Assembly (NCBI GenBank): GCA_050872265.1
Contig: JBNMGN010000009.1
Location: 26,603-90,602, forward strand
Direction: 5' to 3'
DNA: 64,000 nt
Origin: Coprococcus sp.
GTDB lineage: Bacteria > Bacillota > Clostridia > Lachnospirales > Lachnospiraceae
Shown: in pieces, positions 34,906 to 43,426 of the stretch
Layout of the letters: the number at the start of each line of letters is the position of its first letter
How positions within the stretch are numbered: the first letter of the stretch is position 1
The notes under the pieces: model-generated
Seen by the model: only the letters and a program-made list of their open reading frames with translations
Database searches by the model: none
Told to the model about the DNA's origin: nothing
Position numbers and translations under genes: made by a program

Positions 34906-37900
34906 ATGAACAGCAAGACAGGTAAGAGGATCTTGGCATTCCTCATGTCAGTGCTCATGGCACTTACAGTGGTGCTTCAGGGTGACTTTGTCTTCTATAA
35001 GGCAGGCAAGGCTGAAGCAGCTTCCATTGTTGACATTGAGAAGGAATGTGCGTTGGATGTTATCGGTACATATACATTTACCGGTAGTGAGATATATCCA
35101 ACGGTTAAGTTAAGGGGAGCAGATGATATAACAGCCACCGCCATATCAGCGGACTGCTATACACTTTCCTACGAGAACAACATTTATGTAGGCACAGGAA
35201 AGGTTATAGCTACAGGTATTCCTGAGAAGGGCTATACAGGAAGCTGTGAGGCAGAATTTTCCATTGGAAAGGTATCTCTGTCAAAGGCTAAGTGGTATAT
35301 AAACGGCGTAGAGTATTCATCATCATCCAAGCCGGATATCCCATATACCAAGAGCGTTGTACATCCTACAGTGACCGCTGTATACAATGACGCGTATAAC
35401 CTTCGTAAGAGCTATGATTTCTCAATGGGTGAGTACAATAACAACATGGGAGTTAAGTCCTATGTTTCATCAGATAAGGATAACTGCCCATATGTTAAAG
35501 TGTCAGCTCTTGACGGCGGTAATTTCAGCAGCAGCAAGACCATGTATTTTAATATTGTTGCAGCAGACATAGCAGGTCAGGATATCACACTTTCAAAGTA
35601 CACATATACATACACAGGAAGTGCCTGCACACCAACCGTAACAATTAAGGACAGCACAACAAATGTGGCACTGGTAAGCGGAACAGATTACACACTTTCT
35701 TATGAAAGCAACACCAGTGTCGGAACAGCCTATGCTGTTATCAAGGGTATAAATAATTATACAGGTGAGACCAGGATACCATTTACGATCACCGGAAGCG
35801 GTTCAAGCAAGACAGATATATCAAAGTATGACAGTATCAAGGTTGCTTCCTGCTACTACACAGGACTTCCTCAGAAGCCTGCATGTACACTGGTTGTAGG
35901 CGGCAAGACTCTTGTCCAGGGAACAGACTATACTGTAACCTACAGCAACAATGTTGAGCCGGGAACAGGTACACTTACAATAAATGCATGTGGCAGCAGC
36001 TACGAGGGAAGCATAGAGGACTATCAGTTCACTATTGACAAGTGTCCTATTGCAAATGTTGACTGCAAAATAAATGATTACACCTATAACTGGGGTAATC
36101 CTATAACACCTGCAATAAGCATGACCAACAACTTTGGTTCAACATCAAAGAAATTATCTATCGACAAGGATTTCAAGATAAAGTCCACTGCAAATAATAC
36201 ACTGGCAGGTACAGCGTCCCTTGTTATAGAGGGTATCGGAACCTACTACACAGGAACAGTATCCAAGACATTTACGATAAATCCTATAAATGCACAGTCA
36301 GCTTCAGTCTCAACCTCTGACTGTGAATACGACGGACAGGCTAAGACACCTGCTGTTACCGTTACTCTCTCAGGAAAGACAATTCCTTCAGAGTTCTATA
36401 CAGTAGACTACGAGAACAATGTAAATCCGGGAACGGCTACCGTAATAGTTACATTTAAGGGAAGCTTTACAGGAACAGCCCAGTGCGGATTTAAGATCAC
36501 ATCTTCAATGATCGACATTGAGGATTGTACAGCAACATATACCAGGACATTTACATATTCAGGTGAAAGATATACACCTGCCATAACCCTTGAGTACAAC
36601 GGAACAACTCTTGTGGAGGGAACAGATTATACTGTTTCATATGGAGACAATGTAAATTCCGGTAAGGGTACGATCACAGTTACAGGAACAAATAAGACCT
36701 ATACCGGTCAGAAGGTATGTGAATTTACCATATACTCCAAGCAGATGGACAGCCTTACATATGTAGGCATTGAAAGAAAAAATCAGACCTATGAGTATAC
36801 CGGTGAGACAATAATGCCGGATGTACAGGTAAAGTTCGGTGATTACACTCTTGTAGAGGGAACAGACTACACCGTAAGAAGAACATCAGCAAAGGAGATC
36901 GGTGAGACAGGAAGTCTTTACTTCACAGGTGAAGGTAACTACACAGGAGTATGCTACATTACATTTACCATTGTTTCAGGAAAGACAGATTTAAGCAGTG
37001 CAACAGTTTCAGACATAAGTGCCATGACCTACACAGGCTCACAGCTTAAGCCGGATGCAACTGTTACATACAACGGAACAACACTTGCCAAGAACACAGA
37101 TTACACTGTTTCATACGGACAGAATATAAATGCAGGTACAGACGCAGGTACAGTAACCATTACAGGAACAGGTGCCTACTACGGAACCATAACAAAGAAG
37201 TTCACCATCAACAGGGCGTCTATAAGCGGAAGTACCGTAACTCTTGCTTCATCATCATGTACCTATGACAGAGCTGTTCACACACCTAAGGTTACATCGG
37301 TAGTTTCAGGTTCAAAGACACTCACAGAAGGTACAGATTATACAGTTTCCACAGTGACTGCAACAAACGCAGGTTCATACACAGTGACCGTAACAGGAAC
37401 AGGAAACTATACAGGAACAGCAAGAGCGGAATATACAATAAATAAGAAGAATATCAGCCAGCTTTCAATCGAGGATATAGCAGATCAGCCATATACAGGC
37501 TCACCTGTTACACCTGCGGTTACCATCAAGCACGGAACATACACACTGGTTCAGGGAACAGATTACACAATGAGCTACGGCAGCAATACAGACGCAGGCA
37601 GAGCTACTGTCTATGTATATGGTACAGGAAACTATACCGGTTCAAACAGCTGCCTGTTCACTATCCGAGGAACCAGCATTAAGAATGCGGTTGTCACATT
37701 AGACAGCAGCAAGGTAACCTATGACAGAAGCTCACATACACCGGTTGTTAAGTCAGTAACCCTCGGTGGAGTGACGCTTACAGAAGGTACAGATTACCAG
37801 GTTACAGGTGTTACAGCAACAAATGTGGGAGCTTACACAGTTACCGTATCAGGAATGAGAAATTACATGGATCAGGCAACTGCAAGCTTTGTGATCGAAC

Positions 37901-40170
37901 CAAGAAATATTTCAGATGTATCGGTTGCCAGCCTTCAGGCAGTTACATATACAGGCTCGGAGATAAAGCCATCGATATCAGCAACATATCTTGGAACTGC
38001 TCTTGTGGCAGGAACAGATTATGATGTGACCTACAGCAATAATATCAATGCAGGAACTGCCTCAGCAGTTATTAAGTGTAAGGGTAACTTCACAGGAACC
38101 AAGACCCTCAGCTTCACCATCAATAAGCAGGATATAAGCAGTGCGGCAGTTACACTTGCAGAGACCTCTGTAACCTATGACAGAGCAGCACATACACCTG
38201 CGGTTAAGTCAGTTGCACTTGGTGGTGTGACACTTAAGGCGGGAACAGATTATACAGTAAGCGGCACATCAGCCGTTACAAATGCAGGAAGCTATAACGT
38301 GGTAATAACAGGTGCCGGTAACTACACAGGAACTAAGAGCACAGTATATACCATAGCAAAGAGAAATATATCAGACCTTACCATAACAGGAATAAACAAC
38401 ACAGAATACACAGGTTCACCTATAGTACCGGAGCCTGTTGTGAAGTTCGGTGATTACACTCTGGTAAAGGGTACTGAGTATACAGTAAGCTACAACAACA
38501 ATACAAATGCCGGAACAGCAACAGTATATATTAATGCTTCAGGCAACTATACAGGAAGCAGGAGCGTACAGTTCACCATCAGTAAGAAGTCCATTGCTTC
38601 TGCAGTGGTTACAGGTGTCCATGACGCAGCCTACACAGGAAGCGACATTGTATTTGACGGTATCAAGGTGACTCTTAACGGAACAGTCCTTAAGGAGAAT
38701 ACAGATTACACCATCACCTATGCAAATAACAGAAATGCCACAACTTCAAGCACAAAGGCTTCAGTGACAGTAACAGCAATAGGCAATTACAGCGGATCAG
38801 TGGTTAAGTACTTTGAGATCAAGAATATGTCAAGCAATGACATATCAGCTTATGTCGAGGGCGAGCCTGCCGAGACAGCAGTATATACAGGCTCACAGAT
38901 ATGTCCTGTACCGGTTATGAACAGTACACTGGTTAAGGATAAGGATTATACCCTTACATATTCAAACAACGTGAATATCGGTAAGGCAGGCGTTACAGTA
39001 ACAGGTATAAACAGCTACAGTGGCAGCAAGACATATTATTTCGTGATCGTTCCTGCTGACATTACAGCTTCATTTGACACAGCAACAGTTGACAGCATTA
39101 CAGTAAGCTGGACAGCACAGAACGGTGCAGGCGGCTACAGACTCTACATCAGCGATGCTTCAGGTGAGGAGCTTGCACAGACTGCAACAGTAGACGGTTC
39201 GGCTGCAACATACACATTTACCGGGCTGGAGACAGGCAAGGATTACAAGGTCGGCGTTACAGCATTTGCAGATGTGGACGGCAGAACCTATGCAGGCGAA
39301 CCTGTGGCGGCAGATTACGGAACAGCACCTGCTAAGCTTACAGGACTTACAAGCACAGCAAATACAAACAGTACCATCACACTTTCATGGGATGAGATTG
39401 AGAATGCAACAGGATATCTGTTCTACAGATATGACACAACCACAAAGAAGTATGTACAGAGAAAGACACTTGTATCAGGCAGCACAACAACCCATACAGA
39501 TATCAACATGCAGCCGGGTACAACATATAAATTCGCTGTGAGAGCATACAGGACCATCGGAGGAAAGAGAGTTCTGGGTGAGTACACTTCATACACAACA
39601 ACCACAAGACCTGCAAATGTTACAGGCCTTAAGGTTTCACTCCGTGGTGCAGCAAGCCTTAAGCTCACATGGAATAAGTCAGCGGGAGCTACAGGTTATG
39701 TTGTATACACATATGACAGAACAAAGAAGGCATATGTGAGAACAGCGGATATTAAGAATGCAAACACTACATACTACATAAGCAAGAACCTTACAGCAGG
39801 AACCATCTGCTACTACAAGGTATATGCCTACAGGAACTACTACGGAACCTATGTATATTCAGGTGCAACACAGGTTAAGGATATCACCAATCCTGCAACA
39901 CCTGCGGTATCGGTAAGCAGTGCTTCAAAGCAGTTCACAGTTAAGTGGACAGGCGTTACATCAGCTTCAGGCTATGAGGTTTATGTATCATCAACTGCAA
40001 ATGGCACCTACAGAACTCTTGCAACAGGTAACTCATCATCAAGATCATATACCTGCAAGAACCTTACAACAGGAAAGACCTATTATATAAAGGTACGTGC
40101 ATACGTTAATTTCAACGGAACCAAGGTATACAGTGCATATTCAGCAGCCAAGGCTGTAACGGTGAAGTAA
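34906..40170 (+). CDS. Giant secreted repeat protein: signal peptide + 17 MBG-like (YxG...GTDYTVSY.NN.N.GTA...GNYTG...F.I) domains + 4 FN3-like domains
   Basis: 1754-aa ORF. RBS gaaagggga. Signal peptide MNSKTGKRILAFLMSVLMALTVVLQG. Repeats of 75-80 aa counted by their F/Y-x-I ends. Four C-terminal FN3-like units (ITVSWTAQNGAGGYRLY, ITLSWDEIENATGYLFY, LKLTWNKSAGATGYVVY, FTVKWTGVTSASGYEVY). No LPxTG motif or wall-binding repeats at the C-terminus. Confidence 0.85.
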   Translation: MNSKTGKRILAFLMSVLMALTVVLQGDFVFYKAGKAEAASIVDIEKECALDVIGTYTFTGSEIYPTVKLRGADDITATAISADCYTLSYENNIYVGTGKVIATGIPEKGYTGSCEAEFSIGKVSLSKAKWYINGVEYSSSSKPDIPYTKSVVHPTVTAVYNDAYNLRKSYDFSMGEYNNNMGVKSYVSSDKDNCPYVKVSALDGGNFSSSKTMYFNIVAADIAGQDITLSKYTYTYTGSACTPTVTIKDSTTNVALVSGTDYTLSYESNTSVGTAYAVIKGINNYTGETRIPFTITGSGSSKTDISKYDSIKVASCYYTGLPQKPACTLVVGGKTLVQGTDYTVTYSNNVEPGTGTLTINACGSSYEGSIEDYQFTIDKCPIANVDCKINDYTYNWGNPITPAISMTNNFGSTSKKLSIDKDFKIKSTANNTLAGTASLVIEGIGTYYTGTVSKTFTINPINAQSASVSTSDCEYDGQAKTPAVTVTLSGKTIPSEFYTVDYENNVNPGTATVIVTFKGSFTGTAQCGFKITSSMIDIEDCTATYTRTFTYSGERYTPAITLEYNGTTLVEGTDYTVSYGDNVNSGKGTITVTGTNKTYTGQKVCEFTIYSKQMDSLTYVGIERKNQTYEYTGETIMPDVQVKFGDYTLVEGTDYTVRRTSAKEIGETGSLYFTGEGNYTGVCYITFTIVSGKTDLSSATVSDISAMTYTGSQLKPDATVTYNGTTLAKNTDYTVSYGQNINAGTDAGTVTITGTGAYYGTITKKFTINRASISGSTVTLASSSCTYDRAVHTPKVTSVVSGSKTLTEGTDYTVSTVTATNAGSYTVTVTGTGNYTGTARAEYTINKKNISQLSIEDIADQPYTGSPVTPAVTIKHGTYTLVQGTDYTMSYGSNTDAGRATVYVYGTGNYTGSNSCLFTIRGTSIKNAVVTLDSSKVTYDRSSHTPVVKSVTLGGVTLTEGTDYQVTGVTATNVGAYTVTVSGMRNYMDQATASFVIEPRNISDVSVASLQAVTYTGSEIKPSISATYLGTALVAGTDYDVTYSNNINAGTASAVIKCKGNFTGTKTLSFTINKQDISSAAVTLAETSVTYDRAAHTPAVKSVALGGVTLKAGTDYTVSGTSAVTNAGSYNVVITGAGNYTGTKSTVYTIAKRNISDLTITGINNTEYTGSPIVPEPVVKFGDYTLVKGTEYTVSYNNNTNAGTATVYINASGNYTGSRSVQFTISKKSIASAVVTGVHDAAYTGSDIVFDGIKVTLNGTVLKENTDYTITYANNRNATTSSTKASVTVTAIGNYSGSVVKYFEIKNMSSNDISAYVEGEPAETAVYTGSQICPVPVMNSTLVKDKDYTLTYSNNVNIGKAGVTVTGINSYSGSKTYYFVIVPADITASFDTATVDSITVSWTAQNGAGGYRLYISDASGEELAQTATVDGSAATYTFTGLETGKDYKVGVTAFADVDGRTYAGEPVAADYGTAPAKLTGLTSTANTNSTITLSWDEIENATGYLFYRYDTTTKKYVQRKTLVSGSTTTHTDINMQPGTTYKFAVRAYRTIGGKRVLGEYTSYTTTTRPANVTGLKVSLRGAASLKLTWNKSAGATGYVVYTYDRTKKAYVRTADIKNANTTYYISKNLTAGTICYYKVYAYRNYYGTYVYSGATQVKDITNPATPAVSVSSASKQFTVKWTGVTSASGYEVYVSSTANGTYRTLATGNSSSRSYTCKNLTTGKTYYIKVRAYVNFNGTKVYSAYSAAKAVTVK
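35068..39031 (+). repeat. Array of 17 diverged coding repeats (about 225-240 bp each) within the giant protein gene
   Basis: Recurrent GTDYT(V/L)(S/T)Y..N.N.GTA and GNYTG blocks. Repeats 9-14 (about 37000-38380) alternate between a YTGS-type and a TYDR..HTP-type unit. Confidence 0.8.
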
Positions 40171-40171
40171 T

Positions 40172-40882
40172 ATGCCGGGATTTATAATTCATCTTGCAGA
40201 GGCAAGACGTATAGTTGATGTTATGAAAACTGAATACGGAGAAGATGGATTATATGAGCTGTATGAACAGTATGAACGCTTTGCTCTTGGGTGTATCCTG
40301 CCGGATATTACCGATGACAAGGAGAAGACACACTTCAGACCTGAGTGGCAGAAAAACCTTATAACCAAGTATCCGGATATAGATATGGTATTAATGGCCT
40401 ATGAAGGAAAGCAGCTTACACCGGAGGATATGGGTATAATCACCCACCTCCGGATGGATCAGCTCTATGTGGAGCGGTTGTGGCCGGAATACTTTACATT
40501 CAGGGATGTGGATGGACATGAGACAAGGGTGTGGGATGACATTTCCTATGTGGATATGAAAAGTGGCGTCCGGGTGCCCTTAAAGACCTTCTTCTCAGAA
40601 GAGTATTTTTACGGAGATTATGATGTGTTAAATCCATCCATAATAAAGGATGTGCAGCCTAAGATCCCGAAGGGGGATATATATAACAGCGATAACATAC
40701 ATATACCGGGCTATGAGAAGGTTACCGGAGCTATGATAGATAAGGCACTGGCTGCCTACTGTTTTAACTGCACGGATATGGAAAGGAATACCAGGGTATT
40801 CTCCTATGAGGTTATAATGGAGTTCATAGACTATTGCGTAAAGGATATGATGGACATTATAAAAAGGTTAAAAGATAAATAG
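40172..40882 (+). CDS. Hypothetical His/Asp-rich cytoplasmic-looking protein (possibly a metal-dependent hydrolase, phospholipase C/P1-nuclease-like)
   Basis: 236 aa. ATG lies 1 nt after the giant gene's TAA (gtgaagTAAtATG). No signal peptide. H7, PD45-46, H54, H92/D95 in IIHLAE, GCILPDITDD, KTHF, THLRMD contexts. Confidence 0.4.
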   Translation: MPGFIIHLAEARRIVDVMKTEYGEDGLYELYEQYERFALGCILPDITDDKEKTHFRPEWQKNLITKYPDIDMVLMAYEGKQLTPEDMGIITHLRMDQLYVERLWPEYFTFRDVDGHETRVWDDISYVDMKSGVRVPLKTFFSEEYFYGDYDVLNPSIIKDVQPKIPKGDIYNSDNIHIPGYEKVTGAMIDKALAAYCFNCTDMERNTRVFSYEVIMEFIDYCVKDMMDIIKRLKDK

Positions 40883-40913
40883 TTCTATAGCAAATTAAAT
40901 AATATGAATGATA

Positions 40914-40963
40914 AAGGGCAGAAGGATGTGCATGATGTAATTGCACGGCTTCTGCCCTTTATT
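40914..40963 (+). terminator. Rho-independent terminator
   Basis: Long hairpin aagggcagaag ... cttctgccctt with inner gtgca/tgcac pairing, followed by tttatt. Confidence 0.7.
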
Positions 40964-41052
40964 ATATGTGACACAGTGATAAAACATGTTTTGCAGGTTT
41001 TATCTTTGATCAGTAGTCATCAAATGCAAACATACAGGCATATTGCAATAAC

Positions 41053-41084
41053 AAAAAAACCTGAATCATATTGATTCAGGTTTT
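41053..41084 (-). terminator. Terminator downstream of tRNA-Gln (also hairpin + T4 on the + strand)
   Basis: Stem cctgaatca / tgattcagg, 3-nt loop, flanked by A7 (T7 on the minus strand) and T4. Confidence 0.75.
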
Positions 41085-41086
41085 AG

Positions 41087-41159
41087 CTGGGCTACAAGGA
41101 TTCGAACCTTGAAAATGCTGGAGTCAGAGTCCAGTGCCTTACCATTTGGCGATAGCCCA
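41087..41159 (-). tRNA. tRNA-Gln (anticodon CTG)
   Basis: The reverse complement reads TGGGCTATCGCCAAATGGTAAGGCACTGGACTCTGACTCCAGCATTTTCAAGGTTCGAATCCTTGTAGCCCAG. Acceptor TGGGCTA/TAGCCCA, anticodon stem CTGGA/TCCAG with loop CTCTGAC, T-arm CAAGG-TTCGAAT-CCTTG. CCA is not encoded. Confidence 0.9.
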
Positions 41160-41210
41160 ATATTATGTTTTTGTCACAGCTTTTTGTACTCTGTGCTGTC
41201 AACAAATGAT

Positions 41211-41238
41211 ATTATACCAAAAAGAAAATAAAATGCAA
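41211..41238 (-). promoter_or_regulatory. Sigma-A-type promoter for tRNA-Gln
   Basis: On the minus strand: TTGCAT, 16-nt spacer, TGgTATAAT (extended -10), about 50 nt upstream of the mature 5' end. Confidence 0.6.
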
Positions 41239-41281
41239 GTCTTTTTTTCAAAAAATTATTAAAATAATAAACTGAATAAAT

Positions 41282-41311
41282 TTGACAAACAACCTGAATG
41301 AAATGTATACT
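41282..41311 (+). promoter_or_regulatory. Sigma-A-type promoter for the thioesterase gene
   Basis: TTGACA (41282-41287), 18-nt spacer, TATACT (41306-41311). Confidence 0.5.
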
Positions 41312-41421
41312 TCAAAAAGCAGGTTTTATATATACAAACCGCGTGTACGAATGTTGTATATGTAAATATTTGGCAGAGTATATCTGCATATGTTTCTGCG
41401 TATAAAGAGAGGTTGTTTAGA

Positions 41422-42129
41422 GTGTACAGTTACGACGCTATTGCCAGGTATACTGAACTGGGCTGCAGCATGACGGCACGTCCGTCTACCATTGCAAATT
41501 ATTTTCAAGATTGTGCCATACTCCAGTCTGAGGAGGTAGGCATAGGAATTAAATACTTGAAAGAGAAGCAGAGGGCATGGTTCCTGCTTTCCTGGCAGAT
41601 AGTTGTGGATAGATATCCTGTGCTCATGGAGAAGCTTAAGGTGAGAACCTGGGCGTATGACTTCAAGGGCTTTCTCGGATACAGGAACATAGATATCCTG
41701 GATGAAGCCGGAAATCGTATCGTATATGGGGCGTCAATCTGGAGCTATATGGATACGGCGGCCATGAAGCCTGTGCGCATAGAACCTGAGGTGTCTGCGG
41801 CATACCCAATGGAGCCGGCCATAGATATGGAATATGCACCAAGAAAGATCACTCTTATGGGCGAGGGCGTATTACTTGATGAAAGAAGGGTAATGGCATA
41901 CCAGATCGACTCCAACGGACATATGAACAATGAGGCTTACATTGCCATGGCAGAGGAGTATGCGGATAACCTTAAGGACATAAAGGAGATCCGGGCAGAG
42001 TATAAGAAACAGCTTATGAAGAATGACGTGGTAAAGGTCAGACAGGTATCATCTGATGGCAGGGTACAGATAATATTTACCGATGAAAATGACGATATAA
42101 GCTGCGTAGTAATGTTTATTTACATATAA
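41422..42129 (+). CDS. Acyl-ACP thioesterase
   Basis: Acyl-ACP thioesterase-like N-terminal hotdog sequence (RPSTIANYFQDCAILQSEEVGIG, RAWFLLSWQIVVDRYP). Start is GTG 41422 (RBS aagagagg at 41405-41412) or TTG 41413. Confidence 0.75.
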   Translation: MYSYDAIARYTELGCSMTARPSTIANYFQDCAILQSEEVGIGIKYLKEKQRAWFLLSWQIVVDRYPVLMEKLKVRTWAYDFKGFLGYRNIDILDEAGNRIVYGASIWSYMDTAAMKPVRIEPEVSAAYPMEPAIDMEYAPRKITLMGEGVLLDERRVMAYQIDSNGHMNNEAYIAMAEEYADNLKDIKEIRAEYKKQLMKNDVVKVRQVSSDGRVQIIFTDENDDISCVVMFIYI

Positions 42130-42143
42130 ATTAGGAGACGAAA

Positions 42144-43025
42144 ATGATAAATATAGGAATGTGGAATGAGCTTACAGTGCTCAGACAGAAGGATTTTGGA
42201 ATATATCTCGGAGAGAAGGAAACTGAGAGGGCTTCCCTTTGGAATGGCAAGGGGGATACATCATCGGTCTTTAAGGAGACAGAGGTACTGCTTCCTGCAA
42301 AGCAGGTTCCGGAGGGCACAAAGCCCGGAGATACCCTGAGAGTATTCGTATACAGAGACTCATCAGACAGGATCATAGCAACTGTCAACGAACCATATAT
42401 CACTCTTGGAGAGCTTAAGGTGTTAAAGTGCGTAGGTGAGACCAAGATCGGTGCATTTATGGACTGGGGCCTGGAGAAGGATATACTGCTTCCTTTTAAG
42501 GAGCAGACAACCAAGGTGACCCAGGGAAGATCATACCTGGTCAAGATGTACAAGGACAGATCAGACAGGCTCTGCGTCAGCATGAAGGTGTATGACAGCC
42601 TTGAGACTGCGGAGAACCTTAATGCAGGCGATGAGATAACAGGAACAGTCATTGAGTTCAACCCTAAGATGGGAGCATTTGTGGCTGTGGAGAATAAGTA
42701 TTATGGACTTATTCCCTTAAAGGAGATACACAGCAGGATAAATGTGGGAGACACTGTATCCGGCCGTGTGGCAAAGGTAAGAGAGGACGGCAAGCTGGAC
42801 ATTACCATATCAAAGAATATCAAGCTTCAGATAAATGAAGACAGCGATATGGTATATGATATAATCAAGAGCTACAACGGAGTGCTTCCTTTCAATGACA
42901 AGGCTCCGAAGGAGACCATAGAGAGAGAATTTGGTCTCAGTAAAAATGCCTTTAAGAGGGCTGTGGGACATCTTCTCAAGGAAGGACTCATAGAGATAAC
43001 AGATAAATCTATAATAATAAAATAA
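42144..43025 (+). CDS. S1 RNA-binding domain protein (CvfB/YitL family)
   Basis: 293 aa. Repeated S1-like modules (GDTLRVFVYRD, GDEITGTVIEF, GDTVSGRVAKVREDGKLDI) plus a C-terminal winged-helix-like tail. Confidence 0.75.
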   Translation: MINIGMWNELTVLRQKDFGIYLGEKETERASLWNGKGDTSSVFKETEVLLPAKQVPEGTKPGDTLRVFVYRDSSDRIIATVNEPYITLGELKVLKCVGETKIGAFMDWGLEKDILLPFKEQTTKVTQGRSYLVKMYKDRSDRLCVSMKVYDSLETAENLNAGDEITGTVIEFNPKMGAFVAVENKYYGLIPLKEIHSRINVGDTVSGRVAKVREDGKLDITISKNIKLQINEDSDMVYDIIKSYNGVLPFNDKAPKETIEREFGLSKNAFKRAVGHLLKEGLIEITDKSIIIK

Positions 43026-43045
43026 TATATCAGGAGGATAAGAAA

Positions 43046-43426
43046 ATGGCAGAAATAATCAGTACAGAAAAGGCACCGGCAGCGATCGGACCATATTCAC
43101 AGGCAGTTAAGGCTGGGGGATTTATATTTACATCAGGAATGGTTCCTATTGATCCTGAGACAAATACTCTCGTAGAGGGTGACATTGAGGTTCAGGCAAG
43201 ACGTGCCATCGGCAACCTTGCAAATCTTCTTGAGGCTTCAGGCTCATCCTGTGACAAGGTAGTTAAGACTACAGTATTTATCAAGGATATGAATGATTTC
43301 GGTAAGGTAAATGAGATATATAAGGAGTTCTTCAAGACAAACTTCCCTGCACGTTCATGTGTTGAGGTTGCAAGACTCCCTAAGGACGTTCTTATAGAGA
43401 TAGAGGCAGTGGCAGCAGTTGAGTAA
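43046..43426 (+). CDS. ridA: RidA/YjgF-family reactive-intermediate deaminase
   Basis: 126 aa; APAAIGPYSQA, FTSGMVPIDP and ARSCVEVARLPKDVLIEIEAVA motifs. Confidence 0.9.
   Translation: MAEIISTEKAPAAIGPYSQAVKAGGFIFTSGMVPIDPETNTLVEGDIEVQARRAIGNLANLLEASGSSCDKVVKTTVFIKDMNDFGKVNEIYKEFFKTNFPARSCVEVARLPKDVLIEIEAVAAVE

Noticed and set aside
40883-41412. A genomic island or prophage integrated at tRNA-Gln.
   Set aside because: The flanks contain no integrase, no recombinase, no direct repeat of the tRNA 3' end and no phage-like genes. The neighbours are a thioesterase and the adhesin locus.
42131-42661. Long antisense ORFs in the track (for example 42131-42661, 11432-12031, 17975-18400, 19080-19514, 48437-48886, 53143-53538).
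   Set aside because: Each lies entirely inside a well-supported gene on the other strand. Each lacks an RBS and has low-complexity or Cys/Ser/Leu-rich shadow-frame composition.
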